64,000 bases of DNA, taken from positions 434,001 to 498,000 of the forward strand of contig NW_026866518.1 in NCBI RefSeq assembly GCF_026571515.1, in the 5' to 3' direction. The notes below the pieces were generated by a model. The model had not been told where the DNA came from and made no database searches. It saw only the letters and a program-made list of their open reading frames with translations. This DNA is from Ruditapes philippinarum. Lineage: Eukaryota. A program made the translations under genes and the position numbers. This document shows positions 25,601 through 38,100 of this stretch, piece after piece (position 1 is the first letter of the stretch; every line of letters begins with the position of its first letter).

Positions 25601-27583
25601 TCTTTGAATGTGCAATCCTACGACGGTAGTACGTCTGATGAAAAGTCTGTAAGGAAAGGGAATGAAAGACTAGAAGGCCAAACGTCTTTAGAAGAAAGAG
25701 GAGGTAACATTAAAAATGCAAGTAGAAATAGGAGAGAAACTCAAGAATCCAACTGCTATGGAAGAAACTTTTCTTGTGAAACGAGTGACTCTTTTGAAAG
25801 TAGATCTAGTTATGGACGAAGACAAAAACGCCCAGTGTCGATGCCGGCCTTTAGTTCATATCAGGAATGTAAGAAAGATTATTATGATGAATATTTCTAT
25901 GACGATGCTGATACAAAATTTGCTAACAAATCAAAACACGACGTTATCAATGTAGCTGAAATTCTACGGATGCGAAATGCTAATAAAAACAAGAAAACGG
26001 AGCATTCACATCTGAAACAGAGAAACATCGAAAAGAATTCTGAAAAATATCATCAGATAAGAAAATCATCGTCTGCAGCGGAGTCAAAAGATCGTAATAG
26101 ACAGTGTAGCAATAGAGCAAAAAACTCTCAAAACCAACCGAAATTAAAACAGTTCTTATTGGATTTGCCTTTAAATAAGATGGAAAAGCAAAATATAAAA
26201 ACGAATCGCCAATGTAGTGAGAAAAATGATGCTATAAATGTAAACTACAAGGTGGAAACGAGTGAACATAATCATTCTTCAAAGAATTTGCAGAAACATA
26301 ACAATGCAAGAAGCATGAATGAGTTCTTTGGAAAAGATGTGAAGTACAAAAGTCCTGAAACGACTGATTTTCATCAGAAACTTGTTAAAGGAAAACCAAA
26401 GGACAACCAGTCAAGAAAATATAATTCATCATCTGATTTACGACAAGTAGAAACAAAACATTCAGTAGCGAATACAGATTACGGATTAGATAATGAATTA
26501 GGCAATGTGTCTATAAAGAATAATAAAGAGAATAAAAAAACTCATATACGACCATACAATTCTTCAACTGACTTGCGAGAGATTGGTGGAAAGCCTGATT
26601 GGTCATTTGGGTATCCTAGGAGAACTAAACAAAGTATAGGCAGACAAGAAAATAGAGGACCATCTGGTGCATTAACAAATGATACCAGAAGAGGCACAAA
26701 AAGCAGTGAAAACAGCAATGGAGCAGACGATGGATTGGACCAAGGTATTGCATTAAAAAACAACAGAGATCTTTACAACTTAAGACAGAATCCTGAATCA
26801 AGAACGGTGGGTGGTATAGTTAAAACACAGCAAGACGATGACAATGAAGTATTTTATAATGAAAATGAAGATGTATGTTTTGATGACGGGGCAATGATGG
26901 CATTATTAAATCAAACAGATAACCTACTTAACAAGACAGACAGACTCCTGCATCGTGATAAAAACGATAGAACTCACAAACAAGAGGTTAACTGTTTGGC
27001 TAATCAAAATAATCCAAAGATAGACAAGCACCACAAAGAAATACATAGAAATGATAATAATGTAATAAAAGACACTAAAAGTTGCTCCACATTACACCAT
27101 TCAGAAGCTGAAACAGATGCTGTTAATAAATGTAATCTTTTTCTTAATAATAGTACAATTGGTATACATGGTATGACATACTCTATCACCGAAACTAATA
27201 GTGAAAATGTTTCCACGGACAATATAGATGGGAAGATAAATTCTGAAATCCAGCGTTGTTCTTTACAAAGTTGTCAAAGTGTGGACAGTGACTCTAGAAA
27301 AGAGAAAAGTAATGTTATGAAAGATAATTCAAGCAAAGTGGTGTCTGCTGAAATTAAATCCATGGATCTGCATGACATCAGGGGTATAACAGAGTTTGTG
27401 TGTCAGTGTGACTGTGATAATGACAATGACAATATGTTGCCAATAAAATATGGGGAAATTATCCATATTGGTCTTGATGGTCAAGGTGATGGAGACAAGT
27501 ACTGGGCCTATAGCCCTACACTTAAAAAGTATGGATTTGTACATAAACAAAATGTTAAAATACCTATGGTTACCATTATATAA
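22645..27583 (+). CDS. Dlish: Three-SH3-domain adaptor, Dlish/Vamana-like (Fat-Dachs-Hippo pathway), ~1097 aa, 3 exons
   Basis: Exons 22645-22693 (MAFLCPSRLGRNKHKR), 23748-24395 and 24987-27583, both introns phase 1. The N-terminus MAFLCPxR and SH3-1 (EINVKQGQKVNYIYREGDWAYIV...EGFVPF) match my recollection of Drosophila Dlish. SH3-2 is split by intron 2 (VLFNFAG|LDLYDVSVKPGE...WFLVRRSDGYEGYVPSNY); divergent SH3-3 at the C-terminus. Confidence 0.82.
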
Positions 27584-27913
27584 ATTCATAAAATATTCAC
27601 CTTTGCATCAAACCACTCATGTCATCAAATCATCATTATAAAAGTAAAACTCAGGAATTTGAACTGTTGTTTCTCATTTTATTAAAGATAATTTCGTATT
27701 TATACAAATTGTCAATTAGAATACTTTCTGAAATTGATTGACAATTGCTATACTCTCATCTTTTTTGTTTTTAAGATGGTTTTGTTCTTAAAGTCTCAAG
27801 TATTGAAATATAGATTATTAATAAACATTGGCGGAAAATAACAACCAATTGAAGGCCAACAAGCACATTCATTGACTATATCTACAAATGTCTTGAATGG
27901 TGCCCCATGGTAT

Positions 27914-28110
27914 TATTATGTACCTCAAAATTAAATAAAGAATTATGTACCTCAAAATTGGAGTGAAAATTATGTACCTCAAAATTTGAGTGAAAATTAT
28001 GTACCTCAGAATTGGAGTGAAAGTTATGTACATGTACCTCAGAACTGGAGTGAAAGTTATGTACATGTACCTCAGAATTGGAGTGAAAGTTATGTACATG
28101 TACCTCAGAA
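27914..28110. repeat. Minisatellite, 27/33-bp unit, ~6.5 copies
   Basis: TTATGTAC(ATGTAC)CTCAGAATTGGAGTGAAAG repeated. Confidence 0.9.
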
Positions 28111-28663
28111 TAAGGGTAAAAAAATAATTTTGTTTCTTTGCTAACAATGATAAAGTGCACATTTTGAGTCAAGCAAAACTGCTCTGGAAGTAAACAACAT
28201 CCTTTTTAGATATTTTTATCTTTAGATATTACAACTGGTTATTTTTACAATCAAAGGAATATCAAGTGTACTGAGGCATGTACATTTGTGCCACAAATGA
28301 TCAAATTCATTGAATTCAATCAGTCCAGGAATAACCATAATTTCAATATCAACCATTTTTTTTATTTGACAAAGCTACTTGGAGATACACATGAATATAA
28401 ATTAAAAATCTAATGAAATTACTTAGCCAAGATCAGAAAATATAGTAGTTACATGAAGGTATAAAAACATTTTGAAGGCAATCTGTTATACATCTGATTT
28501 TGTGTAAAAAAAATTGGTCATCTTATAATTTTATATGGGAGATAACTTTGCTGCATTAAATGCTCTGTGCAGCAATTTTACTTTACAAACCACTCACAAA
28601 AATTACACGACCGTAACTGATCCACACCTCTATATAATGATGGCATTTAAAATATAACAGTGT

Positions 28664-30128
28664 ATATTTATATCCTTTTTGTTAAAGCAGTTAAATATTA
28701 GGCAGATAATTTTCTTGAAAAATGGTTATTAGGGCCATTATTCAATTGTAACACACAAATGGAATTCAGTGTGAATCACTTTTCTTAATCAAGAGCTCTG
28801 CTGAGGCAGGGTAATATATATCCAATCTCAAATTTACAAGAAGGTATCATGGACAAAAATGTGCCAAAAGAAAAGGTGGCAAGTTTATTGTTGTACATGG
28901 CTCAGATAATGACTTTTCCATTAGATGTAAAAGAAAAATACAGTCCATTTTTTTTTCTTGGTGACAAATTAACTTATCAGTAATGGAAGATAAATGAAGA
29001 TTATGACTTGATTTCATTTTGATTAAAAGAAAATCAATTAAATAAAGGTTGCAATTAACTGATTGCAAATAAAAATCTGTGTGACTGTGTGTGTTATTAC
29101 AATACATTTACTTGCATGCCAGATATAAAGATATTTAAACCAATAATTCAACATAACATTTGCTGAAAAAGGGTCAGAAGTCTTCAAATTACATGATGAC
29201 TTAACACAGTCTCTAAAAATCCTTCAAAAGGTTTATAATACAGAAAGGCTGTGGAAATAATTGTAAATGGACAAACTAACATCTTGATGAAATAGAATAA
29301 GAGGACATTTCTTCACTTTCTTTTGTTTAACAGAGAGCCATTCGCCCCTCACTCTACAGAATAAAATATCACCCTCTCCTAACGGCTCGGGTGATATAAA
29401 ATCTTAACAGGTAATATATCCACATATATCACTTCAAAAACAAAATAACATATAATATTTATATCCTTTTTGTTAAAGCAGTTAAATATTAGGCAGATAA
29501 TTTTCTTGAAAAATGGTTATTAGGGCCATTATTCAATTGTAACACACAAATGGAAATCAGTGTGAATCACTTTTCTTAATCAAGAGCTCTGCTGAGGCAG
29601 GGTAATATATATCCAATCTCAAATTTACAAGAAGGTATCATGGACAAAAATGTGCCAAAAGAAAAGGTGGCAAGTTTATTGTTGTACATGGCTCAGATAA
29701 TGACTTTTCCATTAGATGTAAAAGAAAAATACAGTCCATTTTTTTTTTCTTGGTGACAAATTAACTTATCAGTAATGGAAGATAAATGAAGATTATGACT
29801 TGATTTCATTTTGATTAAAAGAAAATCAATTAAATAAAGGTTTCAATTAACTGATTGCAAATAAAAATCTGTGTGACTGTGTATGTTATTACAATACTTG
29901 CATGCCAGATATAAAGATATTTAAACCAGTAATTCAACATAACATTTGCTGAAAAAGGGTCAAAACTCTTCAAATTACATGCTGATTTAACACAGTCTCT
30001 AAAAATCCTTCAAAAGGTTTATAATACAGAAAGGCTGTGGAAATTCATCTTGATGAAATAGAATAAGAGGACATTTCTTCACTTTCTTTTGTTTAACAGA
30101 GAGGCATTCGCCCCTCACTCTACAGAAT
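28664..30128. repeat. Near-identical direct duplication of ~700 bp (28664-29362 and 29455-30128)
   Basis: Both copies run from ATATTTATATCCTTTTTGTTAAAGCAG to CGCCCCTCACTCTACAGAAT and differ by a few substitutions and small indels. Confidence 0.95.
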
Positions 30129-30383
30129 GAACTCGGTAGTTCTCTTGTTCTGCATCCAGTTAAATAGCCCCAACAGCATACATATAGCTAGGAAGTTGCA
30201 TTTATTGTGTTTTTACTTGATAAACTTTGACAAGTGTTGTTGTTTGCGGATGCATTATCAATGCAATATCACAATGCCACTGTGTATTTTATGTTTGATT
30301 ACTCACAGAAGTAGTGAGACACAATAAGTCTTGATTTTCTTGAAATATTTGTCTTATCTGGAGGCTTGCACCTCTAAAATTGG

Positions 30384-31880
30384 AAACAAGAGTCACCGCT
30401 AGGTCAGGACAATGCTCAACTTTTTTACTTTTTCTAAAAGCAAACAAATAAACGGTTGAGACAAATCTTTAAAAAAAAATAAAGCAAAAAATATGGTTTT
30501 CCTTTTTTTTTCTTTAAACTTTAATAGATCTGTCTAGTCATACTTGTTGTTTTGTCCAAGTATAAATCCTTTCCATACATAAAATCACAATGTTAAGAAA
30601 CTATAATCAAAAATCAATCATTTGACAGTTAAGGTCATTTAAAGGTCAAAGTCATATCTGAATTATTCCACATGTCTGTTTGGTCACAAGTGTTGTTTTG
30701 TCAACATATGAATCAAGTCCATACATTAATAACAAAATTATGACAAATTAACCAAAATTCAATACTTTGACCTTGGCAGTCAGTCATTTAGAACTTAACT
30801 TAAGATCAAGGTCAGTTAAACCATTAAAAATGTCTTGTCCAAAAGGTTGTTTTGTCAAAGTATGAAAAAAATCTATTAATTGATTACAATGTTATTATAT
30901 TATAGCAATAATTCATAAAAATAAAACAATTTGACCTGCAAAGTCAAGGTCATACATCATCCAAGGTCAATTTGACTTTAATATGCATGAAGGTGCTGAC
31001 CTTAAAGATGTTGTGTCTAAACATGAAGTTTATCCATTGATAAATTACAAAGATATAGCCAATAACAAAAAAGAAGAGAATTTCATTAATTTAACCTTGA
31101 CAGTAAAGGTCAAGGTCATTAATATGTTTGTTTCGTAGAAAGTCTTGTTTTGTCCAAGTTCAAATCAAATCCGTACATAAATAACAAATTATGACAATTT
31201 AACAAAAAATTAATAATTGGACCTTGACGGTAAAGGTAATTTAAAGCTCCAGGTCAAGGGCAGTTCAACTTATCTGAAGGTCTTGTCAAAAATTATGTTT
31301 TGTCAAAGTACAGTCAAAACTGTCTTAAGCAACCAGCCAAGGGATGCAGTCATTTTGGCTGCTTAAGACAGGTGTATATGGATAATCCATCCATTAATTA
31401 CCAAGTTACAGTCAATTAAAGCAAAAAATGAATGAAAGTTCAATGATTTAACCTTCAAGGTCAAGGTCATTAAAGAACCAAGGTCAATTTGAGTTTGATA
31501 TAAAATTTCAATATTTGACTTTCGAAGTCAAGGTCATTTATAAGTGAAGGTCAATGTCTGTCTAGTCAATTTGAAGGTCTATCCTAAAAGATTATTATGA
31601 AGTTTGAAGACAATCCATCTAAACATAACCAAGTTATAGCCACTAATAGCAAAAATCAGACAAAAACAAAGCAAAATTGACACATTTAACCTTAAAGGTC
31701 AAGGTCATTTATAGATGAAGGTCAAGATTTGTCTGGTCTACTAAAAGGTATTGTCCCAAGGGTTGTTGTGGCCAAGTATGAAGACAATATACCATGAACT
31801 TAAGTTATGATCAACATACAAGCTTGCGGACGGCAACGCCGACATGACATAACAATTATACTTCTACTCTTTTTTCAAGC
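30384..31880 (+). mobile_element. Older Helentron/HINE-like element with a degenerate internal repeat
   Basis: AAACAAGAG start, recurrent TGACCTT / AAGGTCAAGGTCA motifs, GCGGACGGCAACGCCGAC microsatellite-like 3' segment. Right boundary approximate. Confidence 0.6.
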
Positions 31881-32110
31881 TATATGTCCCGGCAGTCAAC
31901 TTCGCTACCAGGTAGTCCAATGAGCTACTTTATAAATTGGAAATAAGTTTTCGTGTGTAAAGAAGGAGGGGAGAGAGGGGTGATGAGAGCATCTTTGATT
32001 ATCTATCTTCTTGCTCCAGACATATTTTGACAAATATATCATTAGTATCAGAAATAACTATAAAATTTCATATTTTTATTTCAATATAATTTCAACATTT
32101 TTGGCTTTAC

Positions 32111-35100
32111 TCAAAATATTTTTCTGTCCCGTATTTTCTGTTCTTTCATCTCTTTTATTGTCCTTTCCAGTTTATTAAGTTTCCTTTGTGCTTCGTCTTC
32201 TTGCTTAACAATATCCTCTTTACGTCGCTTAAATTCTCGCAATATTTTTTCTTTATCTAAACCATACTGCTTAATTTCTTTATCAATTTCTTCTAACACT
32301 TTCTGTTTCATTTCATAAAACTTCTCTTTTTCCTGTTCAATATCAGCTTGAACTTTTTCAATTTTCTCCCTCTTTTCTTTCCTCATTTCCTGTCTCACAC
32401 CTTGCTTTATACGGCTCCTTCTACAGGGCTTCCAATATCTATATGGGTCTTCAGGAGTCCATGTTAACTTTAGCTCCTTCAGAAGCCACAGAAATCGGTC
32501 ATAATCAAGTGCGCGCAATTTTTTCAGTGTCTTCTTTCTTTTAGCAATTCTCTCAATTAGATGCGCTTTATGTTTTTTATTCTGCAAATAACACAAGATA
32601 CATGTATTCGTAAAATGTTTTCAATTCAAAATGAAAGGACAACAGATTTGAAAAGCAAGAGGGCAATGAAGACCCTTATTTCTTTCTTTTTCATTTGAAT
32701 GAGTTTTACGTCTCATCAACAATGTATAGGTAATATCATTATGGCGACTTTCCAGCTTTCCTGGTGGAGAATAACCTCAGTTGCCCTTCCGTGAATTATC
32801 TAAAGAGTAGAACCACAGGCTTTCCGTAACAAAGCAAAGTCTCTGTAGGGATGCTCCACATAATGACCGTTATATTACTCACTTAAATATTAAGACTCTA
32901 AATACGAAGGAACATTGCTAAGTGTTACTTTGCAAGTATACTGTTATATTTTGATACATTTAACATGCTTAATCAGAGATCTGGTATAAACCCCCTATAA
33001 ATGAATAAAGCTTTGTATTTGTTTTTATTTACTTTGGTTAAGGACCAAATATGGACATTATTTCATCAGTACCCAAGGTTCAGCACAAATTGTTGTCAAT
33101 GTGTCAGTCATTTTTAGCCCATGTTTCGCATTAGTGGTTGACAATATGCCAGTCATTTAGCCCATGTTTAGCATCAGTGGCTGACATTATGCCAGTCATT
33201 TAGCACATGTTTAGCATCAGTGGTTGCAATAAGTCAGTCATTTAGCCCACGTTTAGCATCAGTGGCTGACATTATGCCAGTCATTTAGCCCATGTTTAGC
33301 ATCAGTGGCTGACATTTTCCAGTCATTTAGCCCATGTTTAGCATCAGTGGCTGACATTATGCCAGTCATTTAGCCCATGTTTAGCATCAGTGGTTGACAT
33401 TATGCCAGTCATTTAGCCCATGTTTAGCATCAGTGGCTGACATTATGCCAGTCATTTAGCCCATGTTTAGCATCAGTGGTTGACATTATGCCAGTCATTT
33501 TAGCCCATGTTTAGCATCAGTGGCTGACATTATGCCAGTCATTTAGCACATGTTTAGCATCAGTGGTTGCAATAAGTCAGTCATTTAGCCCACGTTTAGC
33601 ATCAGTGGCTGACATTATGCCAGTCATTTAGCCAACGTTTAGCATCAGTGGTTGACAATATGCCGGTCATTTAGCCCATGTTTAGCATCAGTGGCTGACA
33701 TTATGCCAGTCATTTAGCCCATGTTTAGCATCAGTGGCTGACATTATGCCAGTCATTTAGCCCATGTTAAGCATCAGTTTTTGTTTGTTTGTTTGTGTCA
33801 TTTTACGCCTTTTTCCAACAGTATTTCAGTCATATAGGCGGGTAGTTTCCTAACCATCGTTCCTGGAGAGTTACACCAGTACTTGACTACCTTCCTCCGC
33901 GCTAAACTACCAAAGCATCTCCCGGGGATCGAACCCACGCCAGAGAGGTAACTGGATTAGAAGTCATCAACTCTAACCACTCGACCACGGAGGCGGTGTA
34001 TTTAGCATCAGTGGTTGACATTATGCCAGTCATTTAGCCCATGTTTAGCATCAGTGTTGACATTATGCCAGTCATTTAGCCCATGTTTAGCATCAGTGGT
34101 TGACATTATGCCAGTCATGTTAGCCCATGTTTAGCATCAGTGGCTGACATTATGCCAGTCATTTAGCCCATGTTTAGCATCAGTGGTTGACATTATGCCA
34201 GTCATTTAGCCCATGTTTAGCATCAGTGGTTGACATTATGCCAGTCATTTAGCCCATGTTTTAGCATCAGTGTTGACATTATGCCAGTCATTTAGCCCAT
34301 GTTTAGCATCAGTGGTTGACATTATGCCAGTCATTTAGCCCATGTTTAGCATCAGTGGCTGACATTATGCCAGTCATTTAGCCCATGTTAAGCATCAGTG
34401 GTGACAATATGCCAGTCATTTAGCCCATGTTTAGCATCAGTGGTTAAAATTATGTCAGTCATTTAGCCCATGTTTAGCATCAGTGGTGACAAATATGTCA
34501 GTCATTTAGCCATGTTTAGCATCAGTGGTGACAATATGTCAGTCATCTAGCCCATGTTTAGCATCAGTGGTGACAATATGTCAGTCATTTAGCCCATGTT
34601 TAGCATCAGTGGTTGACAATATGTCAGTCATTTAGCCCATGTTTAGCATCAGTGGTTGACAATATGTCAGTCATTTAGCACATGTTTAGCATCAGTGGTT
34701 GACAATATGTCAGTCATTTAGCCCATGTTTAGCATCAGTGGTTAAAATTATGTCAGTCATTTAGCCCATGTTTAGCATCAGTGGTGACAATATGTCAGTC
34801 ATTTAGCCCATGTTTAGCATCAGTGGTGACAATATGTCAGTCATCTAGCCCATGTTTAGCATCAGTGGTGACAATATGTCAGTCATTTAGCCCATGTTTA
34901 GCATCAGTGGTTGACAATATGTCAGTCATTTAGCCCATGTTTAGCATCAGTGGTTGACAATATAACAGTTATTTACCCCATGTTTAGCAGAAGTGGTTGA
35001 CAATATGTCAGTCATTTACTCCACGTTTAGCATCAGTGGTTGACAATATGTCAGTAATTAGGCCACATTTAGCATTAGTGGTTGACAGTACATGTATTTC

Positions 35101-38100
35101 AGTTATTAAGCCCATGTTTAGCATCAGGGGTCAACAACATTTCAGTAATTTACCCCAAGTTTAGCACCAACCATTGACAAGAATGGGTGACCATGTGACA
35201 TATGTTTACATAACATTTGGTCACACATATTTTTTACTACTTTTTTGTTATATCTTTAATATTTGAATGAAACTAGAACAGTGTCCAAAAGACACGGATG
35301 CCCCCACTGACAACATATATATGGTATATAGTGAAAAAATCAACAAAGGGCCATAATTCTGTTAAATTTGGTCGCAGCAAAAATTCCTTCCTTTACTTCC
35401 ATCTACACATTAAGGTTGTTCATCCCTGGAAGTTTAAGCAAAATCTGCCATCCGGTTTAAGAGGAGATGCGTTCATATATATTTCGGGACAGACGTACGG
35501 ACGGATAGACAAGTGCAACGCTATATGCTCCCCACTTTGTGGGGGCATAAAAATATACCATGTTCAAGGTACATAATGTAAATATTTGCCAATTGCAATG
35601 GTATATATTTTTCCAATGTAGCTTTTGTACTTTTCCAGACATGTTATCAGAAATTTGTGACACTTATTTTCATCAAAATATTGATGCATAGAAAAATTTC
35701 TAATTTACAATATCTTAATTATTCCCCCTGGTTAAGTGAAAATTGTTGATAATATTTCAGTAATTACACACGAAAGTTTCCCAAACTGTGTCTGTGAATT
35801 CTTTAGCAATTCAAACTATATTTCCCAAATCTTGCTTCTGGAGGTAAATGATTTGGAACAGCGCTTGACAATAACAAGTTTAATTGGATAATATTTTTGT
35901 TCACAAATATTAATTCTTCAACAGTGTCTGCACACTGCTTGCATAATAATGAACTAATAATAGAATGTATAACAATACAAAATAAAATATAAATGTCCTA
36001 CCCTTCTGTCACCAACAATATATGGAATCATATTACGAATCTTTATGGTCAAAAAACAAACTGAAAATAGAAAACAATTGTTAAAATAATTAATAACATT
36101 AATCTATATTGAACTTTTTTCTTATTGTTTGTAACCTAAACATTTTCTAATGTACTAAAAAAGCAAGAATCATTCTAGTATTAAACACATTCTCTGTAAA
36201 ATACAAAAATGCTGACCATGATCATCAATTATTCTTTTGGTTGGGTTTTTAAATTGCACCAACACTGTAAATGGCGGCTTACCTGCTTTATTGGTGGAGG
36301 AAGACCTCAGGTGCATTACATCTGGCTCAAATGAACACCTGGACAGCTCCCTCACATGAAAGAAATCAAAATCCCTGGGGGGATTCAAACCTACAGCAGT
36401 GTGTGGCAAATGGTTTTAAGTCAATGACACCATGTCCATTAAGGCACCGTTTACTAAAAGTTCTTTAAAGGGACCAATCTTCATTATTCAAAGTTTTCTG
36501 CTTTGTTTAATTGTAACTTTGTTTTATGGTCAGCAATTCCTATGATGTATGTTGTTTTATATAGCATCAGTATTTTCCAGTCTCACCTGTCTCAACATGC
36601 TAACAATTTCTAGACTTATTTTTCTTTTACCTTTCTACGAAAGATCCGACATGCACTCAGGGTTTTCATTAGGAAGCAGTGACAGACACAAGTGCATTTT
36701 GAGCCACCTCAAAACTTAGTAAAAACTCTTTGTTGAATATGATGAACCCAAAAATGACCACTTCTAATTTACACACAAAAAAAACAACAACCCTGGCACT
36801 TATTTCTCTAACAGGGCAGTATTCAGAGATACACAGATAGATAGACTATATAATCTCATATCTACTTTATGATTTTTGCAACTGCTTCTTATTGGAAATT
36901 GGACAAAAGGATTAAGCAAAACAAGAATTCATATTTCAGGAATTTACCGCCACTTTTTTCAATGGTTCAGACTAAATCATAATGGAGAGAGTGGACTCTT
37001 TCTTGCATATCAGACAGGATTAGCTTCTTTTTACATAAGTTGCCCATTTTAAATGACGTCATTCCCTCGCCCCATTTATGAATGAATTGCATTCTTAGGA
37101 TGATGTCATTGTACAGTTCTGAATGAAGTTATAAATTCATATGCTACTATAAGAAAAAAAACTTGGATGAAAATATTAGTTTGTTATTTCTATACAAAAT
37201 ATCATTAATTTGTTGTATGCAAGAAAAAGTATCAACATCGGCTGTGGTCACAGGCAGGAACATCTAGCTCTCATGAAGCTGTTTCGCAGAAACTCAGCTG
37301 AGCCTTGTTAAGGCCGTAAACAGTTACCCTCAAGATAGATAGATATTCAAATCTGTGCCGATATCCGGTGTAAGATTCTTATAATATGTACATAATTACA
37401 AGAAGTATGAAAATAACAGTTACTTATGTGAAAGTTAAGAATTCGAATTAATCACAATTAATCCAATTATCCTTATAATATGTACAGAAGTCAATGGGAC
37501 AGAACCAAATATACTGATATTTGGAGGGACGGTTCCTAGTAATCTGAAGGAGGTCTTACTTTCTTTTTCTAGGCATGGTCCTGGACCAATCAGCTTTGTG
37601 ACCTTGTCCAGCAGAACAGCATTTCTATGCTCTTGTTTCTCTCGCTGAAATAATAAAACAATAACAACAAATATGTAACAACTTGATTTAGGTAGGCTTA
37701 TAAATTTGATCTCACAATCTTGCCTGTGACCTCAGCATAAAAGTAATCATTAGCATAATTATATAGTCAACATTTAAACAACTTGCCATCTGATTATGAT
37801 CTGCACTATTCAAAATTAATATACTGGTTGGGGACCACCAAAACCGGACAACCACCAAACCCAGACAACCCCGAAAATGCTTAATTTAGTATTTTCTTTG
37901 TTCAGTGGTTGTCAGTCACTTTTTCATCAGCAATAAATGCATGTTTCTTCTAAAATTAAGTAAATAAACTTATTTCAACTCCGTAAATGGTAATATTTTA
38001 ATGTCTATTTCAAGAATGTTGACATTAAAATTTGGGGGGGGTCAAGAAAGCATGCCTGACCTCATATACCAGCTTTAATCATTTGCAGAATAAACAATAG

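Noticed and set aside
27869-28172. Repeat ORFs (YMYITFTPILR / EVHVHNFHSNS)
   Set aside because: Translations of a 27/33-bp minisatellite.
30384-31880. Cluster of AGGTCA nuclear-receptor half-sites as an enhancer
   Set aside because: The motif is intrinsic to this repeat family's internal unit, and there is no independent evidence of regulatory use.
33100-35170. CRISPR-like array (also considered for the 36-, 145- and 161-bp arrays)
   Set aside because: The repeats are contiguous with no unique spacers, there are no cas genes, and the context is eukaryotic.
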